A stretch of DNA of 32,000 nt from Corynebacterium glutamicum ATCC 13032. GTDB lineage: Bacteria; Actinomycetota; Actinomycetes; Mycobacteriales; Mycobacteriaceae. The position numbers and the translations under genes were made by a program. Where the stretch lies: the NCBI RefSeq assembly GCF_000011325.1, contig NC_003450.3:930001-962000 (forward strand). The letters run 5' to 3'. The notes under the pieces were generated by a model that saw only the letters and a program-made list of their open reading frames with translations, did no database searches and was not told the origin of the DNA. Positions 18,791 through 27,567 of the stretch are shown one piece after another (the stretch's first letter is position 1; each line of letters opens with the position of its first letter).

Positions 18791-20842
18791 ATGAACGCAA
18801 CGAGGGAAGAAGCCAACAACTTACTAGCTGGAATCGCCGGACCTGGCGCACAGCTCCGCGATGATCAATGGGTAGCAATTGATGCATTGGTAAACCAACG
18901 CAAACGCATGCTGGTGGTGCAAAGGACCGGTTGGGGTAAATCAGCCGTCTACTTCATCGCCGCCAAACTGTTAAGAGCACGCGGTGCGGGCGCAGCCGTG
19001 ATTATTTCTCCACTACTAGCCCTCATGCGTAACCAGGTGGCGTCCGCCGAACGCGCCGGGATTAAGGCAGCGACACTCAACAGTGCCAATATGACGGAAT
19101 GGGAAACCATCCAGCAACAAGTCGTTTCAGGCGACGCCGATGTGCTGTTAATTTCACCTGAACGCCTCAACAACCCAGACTTTAGAGACACCATTTTGCC
19201 TCGACTAGCAGCTGAAACAGGCCTAGTGGTGGTCGATGAAGCCCACTGTATTTCCGACTGGGGTCACGATTTCCGCCCCGATTATCGCCGCATCCGCGAC
19301 CTGTTAGCGGGACTTGCGCCCAATATTCCCGTGCTAGCAACCACAGCCACCGCCAATGACCGCGTGGTTGAAGATGTCCGTGCCCAACTAGGAGATGGCA
19401 CAGGTTTGCTTCGTGGTGGGCTAGACCGTGAATCCCTTTACCTATCAGTGGTGAACCTGCTCAACCCCACCGAACGCCCAGCTTGGCTTGCCACCCACCT
19501 CAAAGAACTGACGGGTTCGGGCATCATTTACTGCCTCACTGTGTCAGCTGCACATGATCTTGCCGATGCACTTAATTCTGTTGGATGGAATGTTGCCGCG
19601 TACACCGGTCGAACCGAAGCAGGAGAGCGCGAACGTTTAGAACATGCCTTGATCAACAACGAGATCAAAGCACTAGTAGCAACCTCTGCACTGGGAATGG
19701 GCTTTGACAAACCTGACCTTGGATTTGTTGTGCACATGGGCAGCCCCAGCTCACCGGTGTCTTATTACCAGCAGATTGGTCGCGCCGGGCGCGGCACCGC
19801 TCGTGCCGATGTCATCCTGCTGCCAGGAACTGAAGACAAAGAGATCTGGGAGTACTTTGCATCAGTATCGTTCCCACGCGAAGAGGTAGTCCGCCAACTG
19901 CTTGCGGTGTTAACCGATGAGGCGCAATCCACTGTCAAATTGGAATCACAAGTAGATCTTTCCCGATCACGCCTTGAACAAGTACTTAAAGTGCTAGACG
20001 TAGATGGCGCAGTCAAACGTGTACGTGGCGGATGGGTCTCCACCGGGCAAGAGTGGATCTACGATGCGGAACGCTACGCAGGACTTGAACAAGCAAGGAA
20101 AATTGAACAGCAAAGCATGGTGAACTACCAGAACACCACTGAGTGCCGCATGCTGTACCTCCGCAAAGAACTAGACGATGTGGAGGCAACTACTCCGTGC
20201 GGGCGCTGCGACAATTGCACGGGCAAAACGTGGGGGCTCGACACCGATGCCTCGATCACTTTGAAAGTGGACCAACAGCTTCAAACACCCGGAGTGAAAA
20301 TAGCCCCACGAAAAATGTGGCCGACTGGCATTAGTGTCAGAGGAAAAATCGCAGGGCTAGAAGAAGGACGAGCACTGGGACGACTCAATGACATTGCCCG
20401 TGGACCTGCACTAAAGGCCCTGCTGGACAGCGGAGCTTATTCTGATGATCCATGGATGGCACGCATCATCGAAGTGCTGAAAAACTGGGATTGGACCAAC
20501 CGGCCTGCCAACGTGGTCGCTCTCGGCAATACCAACTTTGGATCAACTGAGATGATCATCCAGGTAGCTCAATCAATCGCAGCGGTGGGACGAATGAACT
20601 TTGCGGGTGTACTTCCCGCCGCGCCGGGTGCTGAAGAAGTCATGGCTCAGAATTCCGCATACCGAGTAGAAGCCCTATTGAAACAATGGGACTGGTCGCA
20701 AGGCTTGCAACTAGTTCCCGGTCCCATTTTGCTGGTGACAGACCTTATTGATACTGGCTGGTCGGTGACAGTTGCAGGAAATGGCATTGCGCAGCGGACC
20801 TCAGAGAAGGTGCTGCCGTTCGCTTTAGCGAGTAGGGGATAG
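18791..20842 (+). CDS. RecQ-family (RqlH-type) ATP-dependent DNA helicase with atypical C-terminal domain
   Basis: It has a Walker A (QRTGWGKS), the DEAH box (VVDEAHCISDWGHDFRPDY), helicase C motifs (QQIGRAGR) and a 4-Cys Zn module (C-x..-CGRCDNC). No HRDC-like end. Start at ATG 18791 (GTG 18782 possible). Confidence 0.9.
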   Translation: MNATREEANNLLAGIAGPGAQLRDDQWVAIDALVNQRKRMLVVQRTGWGKSAVYFIAAKLLRARGAGAAVIISPLLALMRNQVASAERAGIKAATLNSANMTEWETIQQQVVSGDADVLLISPERLNNPDFRDTILPRLAAETGLVVVDEAHCISDWGHDFRPDYRRIRDLLAGLAPNIPVLATTATANDRVVEDVRAQLGDGTGLLRGGLDRESLYLSVVNLLNPTERPAWLATHLKELTGSGIIYCLTVSAAHDLADALNSVGWNVAAYTGRTEAGERERLEHALINNEIKALVATSALGMGFDKPDLGFVVHMGSPSSPVSYYQQIGRAGRGTARADVILLPGTEDKEIWEYFASVSFPREEVVRQLLAVLTDEAQSTVKLESQVDLSRSRLEQVLKVLDVDGAVKRVRGGWVSTGQEWIYDAERYAGLEQARKIEQQSMVNYQNTTECRMLYLRKELDDVEATTPCGRCDNCTGKTWGLDTDASITLKVDQQLQTPGVKIAPRKMWPTGISVRGKIAGLEEGRALGRLNDIARGPALKALLDSGAYSDDPWMARIIEVLKNWDWTNRPANVVALGNTNFGSTEMIIQVAQSIAAVGRMNFAGVLPAAPGAEEVMAQNSAYRVEALLKQWDWSQGLQLVPGPILLVTDLIDTGWSVTVAGNGIAQRTSEKVLPFALASRG

Positions 20843-21460
20843 GTGCTCTGGGACGAGAGCAATTGGACGCACTGGGAAACTAGCACCATCTTTTGGAACT
20901 GGCCAAGGACAAGCAATCATCGCACCCGTTGCAGGAACCTTGTCCAAATTGGTGAGGTTTTCAATCTGCCAATGGTCACGGCACAGCCACCAGCGCTGTG
21001 CCTCCAGTGAAGGATCTGTATCGGGAAGATCGTGGCCAATGGCAATGACTCCACGGGCATGGAGGATTTCTAAAGCCTCGATAGACCAGCCGGGTGCGAT
21101 CCCTTGTTTACCCCATTCCCATCCAGTGTGGAGTGCGACGAAGGATCCTGGTTCGATTTTCCCGTGTGTATGTTCAAACGCTTCTATATCAGCAGCAGTA
21201 CATAGATCGGGGCGAGAAAACCTCAGGCAATAAAGGGGTAAATGCGTTTCCTCCACAGGGATCTGATCAAGCGTCCGACCTTGTGGATCGAAATGTGCAG
21301 GTGCATCTACATGCGTTCCCCAGGGACCAACAAGTCTGTATTGATGCATTAAAAAGCCATCGTTTTCAATCGTGGAGACCGTCTTAATTTCTTGATCTGG
21401 ATCCCCAGGGTAGTGGGGTTGTCCGGGCGCGAACGCATGAGAGAGATCAATGATCTGCAT
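20825..21460 (-). CDS. Cyclase-family metal-dependent hydrolase (kynurenine formamidase-like)
   Basis: 211 aa with the His-rich motif GPWGTHVDAPAHF (HxGTHxDxPxH-type) of the putative cyclase family. Its 3' end overlaps the helicase 3' end by 18 nt (convergent). Confidence 0.8.
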   Translation of the reverse strand: MQIIDLSHAFAPGQPHYPGDPDQEIKTVSTIENDGFLMHQYRLVGPWGTHVDAPAHFDPQGRTLDQIPVEETHLPLYCLRFSRPDLCTAADIEAFEHTHGKIEPGSFVALHTGWEWGKQGIAPGWSIEALEILHARGVIAIGHDLPDTDPSLEAQRWWLCRDHWQIENLTNLDKVPATGAMIACPWPVPKDGASFPVRPIALVPEHLSPTR

Positions 21461-21830
21461 GGGTTAAAGATATCGGAAACTTAGTGAATTCTAGGGCGGC
21501 GACTTTTCAGGAAGTTGAGGAAAAGTAAAAAGAGTTTATTGCCTTATTTGGTACGATCCTTCGCTTACAAAATATTTTGATGTCGTTTGATGACTTCCAA
21601 GGCAATTCGGCGGTTCTTTACCTACCCAGCGGTGAGATTGACGAAGAGTGGTAGGCGTTTATCACAGATCGAAAAGAATCAGAGCTTGTGACGATTATCA
21701 ATGATGAGAATCTGAAAAACCTGAAGAGTCTAAGGCGTTTGTCGAGACCGCCTTCCGCGATGGTGGAATCCAGTATCAGTCCACACGATGGTTAATGGTG
21801 TTGTTACAAACAGGGATTTCGGCTCACTCA

Positions 21831-22991
21831 CTATTGGTTAGCGTCCAGCGCACGATAGGTGATAGTTCTGTTAATTGGTTCGAAACGCGAGTTTGTAACA
21901 ACATCCAGGGTACTAATTCGTGGGGGGCCGACCACCACGACATCGAGTTCAGCTTGGACTTTCGCGAATGCTTCAGCAGGAAAAAATGGCTTCCCCCCGT
22001 CCTCCAGCTGAACTCGAGCATTAGTCGGAGTGTTTATGTAGTCAAAGAACTTCTCGAATACCTCTGTGGTGAGCACTCCCAGCATCTGGGTATTGTGCCC
22101 TGCGAAGGCGAAAGAGTGGATGGTTCCGGCTGGGGCATGAACGTAATCCCCACGGGAGAGGATGATCTCTTGACCGTTGACGTGCAGTTTGACGCGCCCG
22201 TCCAGACAGATGAAGTTTTCGGTGTGAAGGCGGTGGAAATGACGAGGTATATAAGGCGTCTTGGCACCCTTGGTCTGCATAGCGAGGAACTGATTTCCGG
22301 TGTGTCTCGGACGGCAGACGAAGCTGTTGATCTGCTCGAACTGCTCAAGCCGGTCCCCCTCACCATCGTTCAGGGCAAACGCCTTCATATCTTCTGGGAG
22401 GCGATCGAAATGCGGCCCGAGCTCGGCAAGGTGGTCCCGCTCATAGAATGTGAATCCGCAATCCTCCAGTTCCTCGTAGGGAATCCCTGTGACCTCGCCA
22501 CTGACGCGGAAGGTGTGGGAGAACGAGGACGTGCCAAGTTTCTCTGCCGCGTGTAGGAATGCATTCGAGGATGAGTAGTACACTAGAGCTGAATTTACTA
22601 GGCCCTCACAGGCGAAGGACCAGGGCGTATTCGTAGGAATGGTGGCACTGCCGCCAGCGATGATCTCTTGACGTCCATCAGCGAACCAGAGAGTCAACCG
22701 CCCCTCCATCATGTAGAGGAACGTCGGTCCTGCGACAGAGAAGAACCGGGTGGCGGGAGTCTTGCCTGCGCTCACACGAGCCAGCGAAAATATTCCACCG
22801 TTGTCTTCGGGACGGGACATAACTGTGAGATGGTAGGGGCCAAGCTGGTGTTGTTGTCCCTCACCTGCAGCCAGAGCATAGGGAACTGACTCGCAGGGAA
22901 GTGAATCCAGGATCGGGGTCAGGGAGTGACGCTTTTCTACGGTCTCCTCGGAATCCGGTGTAATCGTCGTGGGGAGGCTGGTGGTAGCCAT
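21831..22991 (-). CDS. Bicupin protein, putative metal-dependent dioxygenase
   Basis: 386 aa. The C-terminal cupin has canonical motifs HFHRLHTE (HxHx4E) and GDYVHAPAGTIHSF. The N-terminal cupin-like half (FLYMMEGRLTLWF...GGSATIP) lacks the His ligands. The opposite-strand 253-aa ORF is rejected. Confidence 0.7.
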   Translation of the reverse strand: MATTSLPTTITPDSEETVEKRHSLTPILDSLPCESVPYALAAGEGQQHQLGPYHLTVMSRPEDNGGIFSLARVSAGKTPATRFFSVAGPTFLYMMEGRLTLWFADGRQEIIAGGSATIPTNTPWSFACEGLVNSALVYYSSSNAFLHAAEKLGTSSFSHTFRVSGEVTGIPYEELEDCGFTFYERDHLAELGPHFDRLPEDMKAFALNDGEGDRLEQFEQINSFVCRPRHTGNQFLAMQTKGAKTPYIPRHFHRLHTENFICLDGRVKLHVNGQEIILSRGDYVHAPAGTIHSFAFAGHNTQMLGVLTTEVFEKFFDYINTPTNARVQLEDGGKPFFPAEAFAKVQAELDVVVVGPPRISTLDVVTNSRFEPINRTITYRALDANQ

Positions 22992-23039
22992 AGCAGAAGC
23001 CTTCTTTCAGTAGATGATGAGTTGGGTGAAGGTAGAGTC

Positions 23040-23653
23040 TTAGCGAAGGTGCAGGGTGAAAAAGCGCTTGATCATCTCATGGTCGGCGGCAAGTCCCTGT
23101 AGTTCAAAGGGGTTTCCCGGACTCTGCTGCGCGCTGAAATTTGTCTGAGGCTCCCGCTCGAGCCGACCATTGTCTAGTCGAACGTTTGGCCCCAGCTCCG
23201 CGACTTCCCCGGGATTGAGGAAACCGTGGCCAAAGCCCTCAATGAGTACCAGGGTGGACTGCCGACCAGCCTGCACAAGATGGGTGTGCAGCGCAGCCGA
23301 TTGCTCCGGAGGGACCATCCGGTCACCAGTGCCGTGCATGATCAGGAAGGGCGGTGCCTGTGCCGCATTCTGATGCACCGGACTGGCGTCGACTGCGTAC
23401 TGCAGCTGGTGGTCGTAGTTTTCCGGCGAGGTTGCAGCTCCGCCGAGGAGATCTTGCTCAGGCGTCGTCGCTGGATTATTCCCGGCTGTGTTGACCTGTG
23501 TGTATGCAGGTAAGAGCTTTTCGATCTGGGTAGGTCCGTAGCCTTCCATAACGCAGCGGACATGGGAGGACACCCCTGGTAATCGGTGGGGAGCTCTTCT
23601 AGGTCAGTGTGCTTGAGGTTGCCCAGCAAGGCTGCCATGGCAGCGATATGCCC
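23040..23653 (-). pseudogene. Alpha/beta-hydrolase (esterase/lipase) remnant, 5'-truncated by IS3 copy 1 and frameshifted
   Basis: The C-terminal part PFLIMHGTGDRMVP...IEGFGHGFL holds the catalytic Asp and His regions. Upstream, in another frame, is GHIAAMAALLGN, the segment that follows a GxSxG nucleophile elbow. That frame abuts the IS end at 23654, so the N-terminal half including the Ser is missing. Confidence 0.65.
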
Positions 23654-24952
23654 TGCGCCCGTATGGTGATTTGAGACAGGGTTTAGGAGAATTAGTTCCA
23701 TGTCGAATCGCACGTCATCTTCACCGAAGAATTCAAAGCAGGAGCTGTGCAACTCGTCGTATCCTCAGGGCGCTCGGTCAAGGAAGTGGCCACCGAGTTG
23801 GGTATCAAAGAAGGAACACTGAGCGCGTGGGTAAGAACCTGGAGGGCCGAGCATCCAGACGCCGGTGTGGATGAACCAGGCCCAGTCGAATGGGCGAAAT
23901 ACAAGGCCCTGCAGGCTGAGAACGCCGCGTTGAAACGGGAAAACGAGTTTTGGGGAAAAGCCAGCGCCTTCTTTGGAAGCCGAAGCACCTGTAGAGGATC
24001 TCTCAGCGTTCATCGAGCAAGAGAAGGCGTCGTTTCCCATTACATGGATGTGCAGAAAGTTGGGTGTGTCCAGAGCGTCGTATTACCGGTGGGCCAAGCC
24101 TGCGGGTCTGACTCCGACAGCCATAAGGCATTTAGAACTCAGGGCTGAGGTTGCCCAGGAGTTTGAAAAAAGCAACCAGATGGCTGGCAGGGATCAGCTG
24201 ACCACGTTGCTCAACCAGCGTGGTGTCAAAGTTTCTACTGGGACTGTGGGATCAATTATGAACGAATGAGGAGTGCGTGTCAGACGAATGCGGGCCTGGA
24301 AGAACACCACGGTCAGTGACCCTTTCTGCCCGGACCGAGCATATTAAAAATCATATGCTCGATAGCCACGGGAAACGAGACTTTACCGCTACCGTGCCTG
24401 GGACCAGGCTCGTTGGTGACATTACGTACTTAAAGACGGGTTCCGGGTGGCTGTATGTGGCTACCGTGATCGATTTGGCTACGCGGATGGTGGTGGGGTG
24501 GTCTATGGATTCTAATATGCGCACACCGTTGGTGATCAATGCGCTGGCTATGGCGCGTGATCATGGGTGTCTTCATCCTGAAGGCGCAATTTTTCACTCC
24601 GATAGAGGATCGCAATACACCTCCGAGCAGTTCCAGACATGGTGCGCCGGCAACAAGATCACCCAATCCATGGGATTGACCGGGGTGTGTTGGGATAACG
24701 GAAGTCGCGGAGAATTTTTTCTCACATTTGAAGACCGAAATGTATCACCACTATGATTTTGAGAATCACCTGTCGGACCGAACCGCGGTGATGGAGTACA
24801 TCGAGGGGCAGGTCACAACCGGCGCCGCCCGCATAGCAATAACCAGGGGCTCTCACCGGCTAGTGCTTTGACCGCATATCAGCAGCAGTATGGATTAGCA
24901 GCAGCGTAAGAAGAAAAATCAATCAAGCTGTCTCAAAAACTTGACGAGCGCA
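23654..24952 (+). mobile_element. IS3-family insertion sequence, copy 1 (1,299 bp)
   Basis: The block is identical to 29762-31060. It has TG...CA termini and imperfect terminal inverted repeats (TGCGCCCGT..TTTGAGACAG vs reverse-complement right end TGCGCTCGT..TTTGAGACAG). It encodes an OrfA HTH-like peptide and an OrfB DDE/rve-like peptide (HSDRGSQYTS). Confidence 0.9.
23700..24909 (+). pseudogene. IS3-family transposase orfAB, multiply frameshifted plus one in-frame stop
   Basis: Recognisable transposase peptides occur successively in frames 0, 2, 0 (with TGA at 24267-24269), 1, 2 and 1 (frame = coordinate mod 3). See the finding for the peptide segments. Confidence 0.75.
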
Positions 24953-25298
24953 ACCTGGGGGATCTACCAGCGGATGATCGCGGCCTACCGCGAGAAGGAC
25001 CGATCCCTCGGCCGCGCGGCGATGGAGGCGCTCATCGACGCCGTCAGCCAAGACGTCCCCGCCGGGCTGGACGAGTTGCGCAAGCTCGGTCGGACCCTGA
25101 AGGCTCGCGCCACCGACGTGCTGGCCTACTTCGAGCGGCCTGGCACCAGCAATGGCCCCACAGAGGCGATCAACGGACGCCTGGAGCACCTGCGCGGCTC
25201 GGCCCTGGGCTTCCGCAACCTGACCAACTACATCGCCAGATCCCTGCTCGAGTTCCGGCGGATTCAGACCTCAACTACACCCTCATCTGTGAAGAGCC
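24953..25298 (+). mobile_element. ISL3-family element remnant: 3' end of transposase gene plus right inverted repeat
   Basis: The translation ..YFERPGTSNGPTEAINGRLEHLRGSALGFRNLTNYIARSLLE is the conserved ISL3 transposase C-terminus. The 5' part is cut off by IS3 copy 1. The remnant ends in CTACACCCTCATCTGTGAAGAGCC (25275-25298), the exact reverse complement of 27835-27858. Confidence 0.8.
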
Positions 25299-25328
25299 GC
25301 TTTAGACATCCCTCATCGTCACGGACCA

Positions 25329-25374
25329 CTATGAACGATGTCCCGACTCACCTATGAACGATGTCCTGAACCTA
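25329..25374. repeat. Tandem 23-bp duplication just outside the ISL3 right end
   Basis: CTATGAACGATGTCC occurs at 25329-25343 and 25352-25366, each followed by (C/T)GA. A related CGATGTCYCGACTCAYC occurs again at 25573-25590. Confidence 0.6.
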
Positions 25375-25595
25375 CACACCTTCAGCTCCACCAATATGTT
25401 CAGGCAATGTGTTTCAGCAATAGCCTCCGGGCTCGTCGATGTGGCCGGTGGCGAGGATTTCGCCGGTGTGCCGGCCGTCGCGGGTCAGCTGACGGCGTGA
25501 GGCGATGACCCGTTCTCGGACCGGGCGTGGCCCTCGCCGCCACGCGATTCTATGGCCTGCCCAGCCTCTGACCGATGTCTCGACTCATCCGTCCC

Positions 25596-25628
25596 GGTGG
25601 ACCTAGGGAGTCGAGCCCTAGGTCCACC
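25596..25628 (-). terminator. GC-rich hairpin downstream of dld (possible terminator, no U-tract)
   Basis: 13-bp perfect stem GGTGGACCTAGGG (25596-25608) / CCCTAGGTCCACC (25616-25628) with a 7-nt loop, ~55 nt after the dld stop on the minus strand. Confidence 0.4.
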
Positions 25629-25682
25629 CGAGATGGATAAGACATCGCTCAGGCTCTCACGGCGTCGCGCTACCTTGGGGAC

Positions 25683-27398
25683 TTAGGCCCAGTCCTTGTG
25701 CGGCGACGTGCCGCCGATACCGGCGTTGAACGTATTCGTCGGATCGAGCTCCTTGAAGTGCTCTTCCATGGACTCCGGCAGCTTGTAGATGCGACCGTAG
25801 TTGTGCTCGGCGGGCAGCTTCGCGCCGCGCTCCTCCAGCAGGTGCTGGATGCGGTCGTGCAGCGCCTCGAGATCCACGCCCTGCTTGGCGACATAGTCCT
25901 GGTGCATCACATGGCAGAAGAAGTGCCCGTAATACGCCTTGACCTCAAGCTGGTCGTCGATCTCCTCCGGCAGCACCTCGAGCCAGTTCCAATCGTCGCG
26001 ACGCAGGGCCACATCGATGGGGATGAGCCCTGCGATGTGCCGGCGCTTCAACGCGGCGTAGCGAGTGGCGGCACTGGCCGCGCCGAACCGGTTGAGCGAC
26101 GCGCTCTTTTCTTCATCAGACGTGCAGATGAAGAACTCACCAGTGTGCTCGGGCTCTGCGAAGAACTCCTTGAGCATCTTCTCGCTCGCGGCCTTCTGCG
26201 ACTCGCTGACGGTGAGCAGCAGGTGATGCTCGAAACGGTTGCGGTACTCCATCATGCGCTTGGGCAGCTGGTTGGGCAGCACGCTGAACATGGCTTGCGA
26301 TACCGTGTCGGCGAAGGTCGGACCAATGCCGGGAATCTTCGAGAACAAGCCGTTGGCCCACGTCTTGAACGAGAACATGCGCGTCTGCAGCGCTGGACTC
26401 ATGAACTTCAGGAAGACGAAGGTGTCTTTGCCGTACTTCTCGGCCAAGTCGAAGGCACTGCGGCCCATGTACTCACCAGAGATAGGCAGCGGCATGTCGG
26501 CTTCGAGGAACAACCGACGGATCTCTTCGAGCTCGTGCGTGTTGTTCGTGCCGATGTAAAACACGGTCGGGTGCACTTCGCGAGGGAAGGTGCGGGTGCG
26601 CACCGCGAACACCATCAGCTTGCCGGCCGAGCCGGAAGCCTCGAACAGGTACTCGGGGTTCGCATTGTAGCGAGCAGGCGAAGGCACGATCTTGCGCAAG
26701 TGCTCGGCGTACTCGGTCTCGTTCGAGTCTTCGGGAGCTGGGGTGACATCCTCGGGAGACCACTCGCCGCGCTGTAGACGGTCGAGTGCGACCTCAGGGT
26801 CGTCTCCGAGCGAGATGCCCAGGTGATTGACCAGCTCGACCTTGCCGTCGTCGTTGACGCGGGCGAAGATCGCTTCGCGCGTGAATGCCGGACCCTTGCG
26901 AATCTGGCTGCCGCCCGAGTTGTTCGCGATGCCGCCGATGACCGAGGCGCCGATTGATGTCGACCCGATCACCGAGTGCGGCTCGCGCTGGTGCTTGGCG
27001 AGCGCGTCGGTCAGGTGTGTCAGCGGGGTGCCCGCGAGCGAGATCGCCTCGCGCGCGTCGTTGATGAGGTGCACCTCATCGATGCGGTGAGTCGAGATGA
27101 TCACAATGGGGCGATCGTAGTCTTGGAAGCCGGGGCCGGATCCACCAGTCAGGCCCGTGTTCGATGCCTGCGGGATGACGATGAGGTTGTTGTCGACGGA
27201 TACCTGCAGCGCCCGCCACATCTCGACCAGCGTGCCGGGGCGCACCACGGCGAAGACTGGTCCTCCGCCGAATCGATAGCCTTTGCTGAATGGCATCGTG
27301 GCACGCTCAGAGGTCAGTACATGTTCGTCGCCGACGATTCTCTTGAACGCATCGATCGCTTCGTGCGAAGTCGTGGTGGTCTGTCCTGGTTGCGTCAT
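25683..27398 (-). CDS. dld: Quinone-dependent FAD D-lactate dehydrogenase
   Basis: The ORF track gives 601 aa. The ATG at 27398 gives 571 aa (MTQPGQTTTTSHEAIDAFKRIVGDEHVL...) with an N-terminal FAD-binding PCMH domain (VIPQASNTGLTGGS) and the long Dld-type membrane-association C-terminal domain. I recognise it as the C. glutamicum Dld type. Confidence 0.93.
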   Translation of the reverse strand: MTQPGQTTTTSHEAIDAFKRIVGDEHVLTSERATMPFSKGYRFGGGPVFAVVRPGTLVEMWRALQVSVDNNLIVIPQASNTGLTGGSGPGFQDYDRPIVIISTHRIDEVHLINDAREAISLAGTPLTHLTDALAKHQREPHSVIGSTSIGASVIGGIANNSGGSQIRKGPAFTREAIFARVNDDGKVELVNHLGISLGDDPEVALDRLQRGEWSPEDVTPAPEDSNETEYAEHLRKIVPSPARYNANPEYLFEASGSAGKLMVFAVRTRTFPREVHPTVFYIGTNNTHELEEIRRLFLEADMPLPISGEYMGRSAFDLAEKYGKDTFVFLKFMSPALQTRMFSFKTWANGLFSKIPGIGPTFADTVSQAMFSVLPNQLPKRMMEYRNRFEHHLLLTVSESQKAASEKMLKEFFAEPEHTGEFFICTSDEEKSASLNRFGAASAATRYAALKRRHIAGLIPIDVALRRDDWNWLEVLPEEIDDQLEVKAYYGHFFCHVMHQDYVAKQGVDLEALHDRIQHLLEERGAKLPAEHNYGRIYKLPESMEEHFKELDPTNTFNAGIGGTSPHKDWA

Positions 27399-27567
27399 CT
27401 CTAAGCTTCCTATATTCAGTTGCATCACAAGCGCGTCATGATGCTGAGGGGATGTCGCCTTGATCCGAGCTAGTCCGCGGTCGTTCATTTTTTGATGGGC
27501 GGGGAAACGAGCCAGGGGGACGACGTCTGCGACCGTCTGCCCGGAAGCTCGCTACGGCGTCCAAGGA

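Noticed and set aside
21795-22556. 253-aa plus-strand ORF overlapping the bicupin gene
   Set aside because: The minus-strand frame contains canonical cupin metal-binding motifs over a longer ORF. The plus-strand product has no recognisable features.
25698-26777. 359-aa plus-strand ORF inside the dld region
   Set aside because: It is antisense to dld, which has clear FAD-domain homology. The product is Arg/Leu/Val/Gly-rich, as expected for the reverse frame of GC-rich coding DNA.
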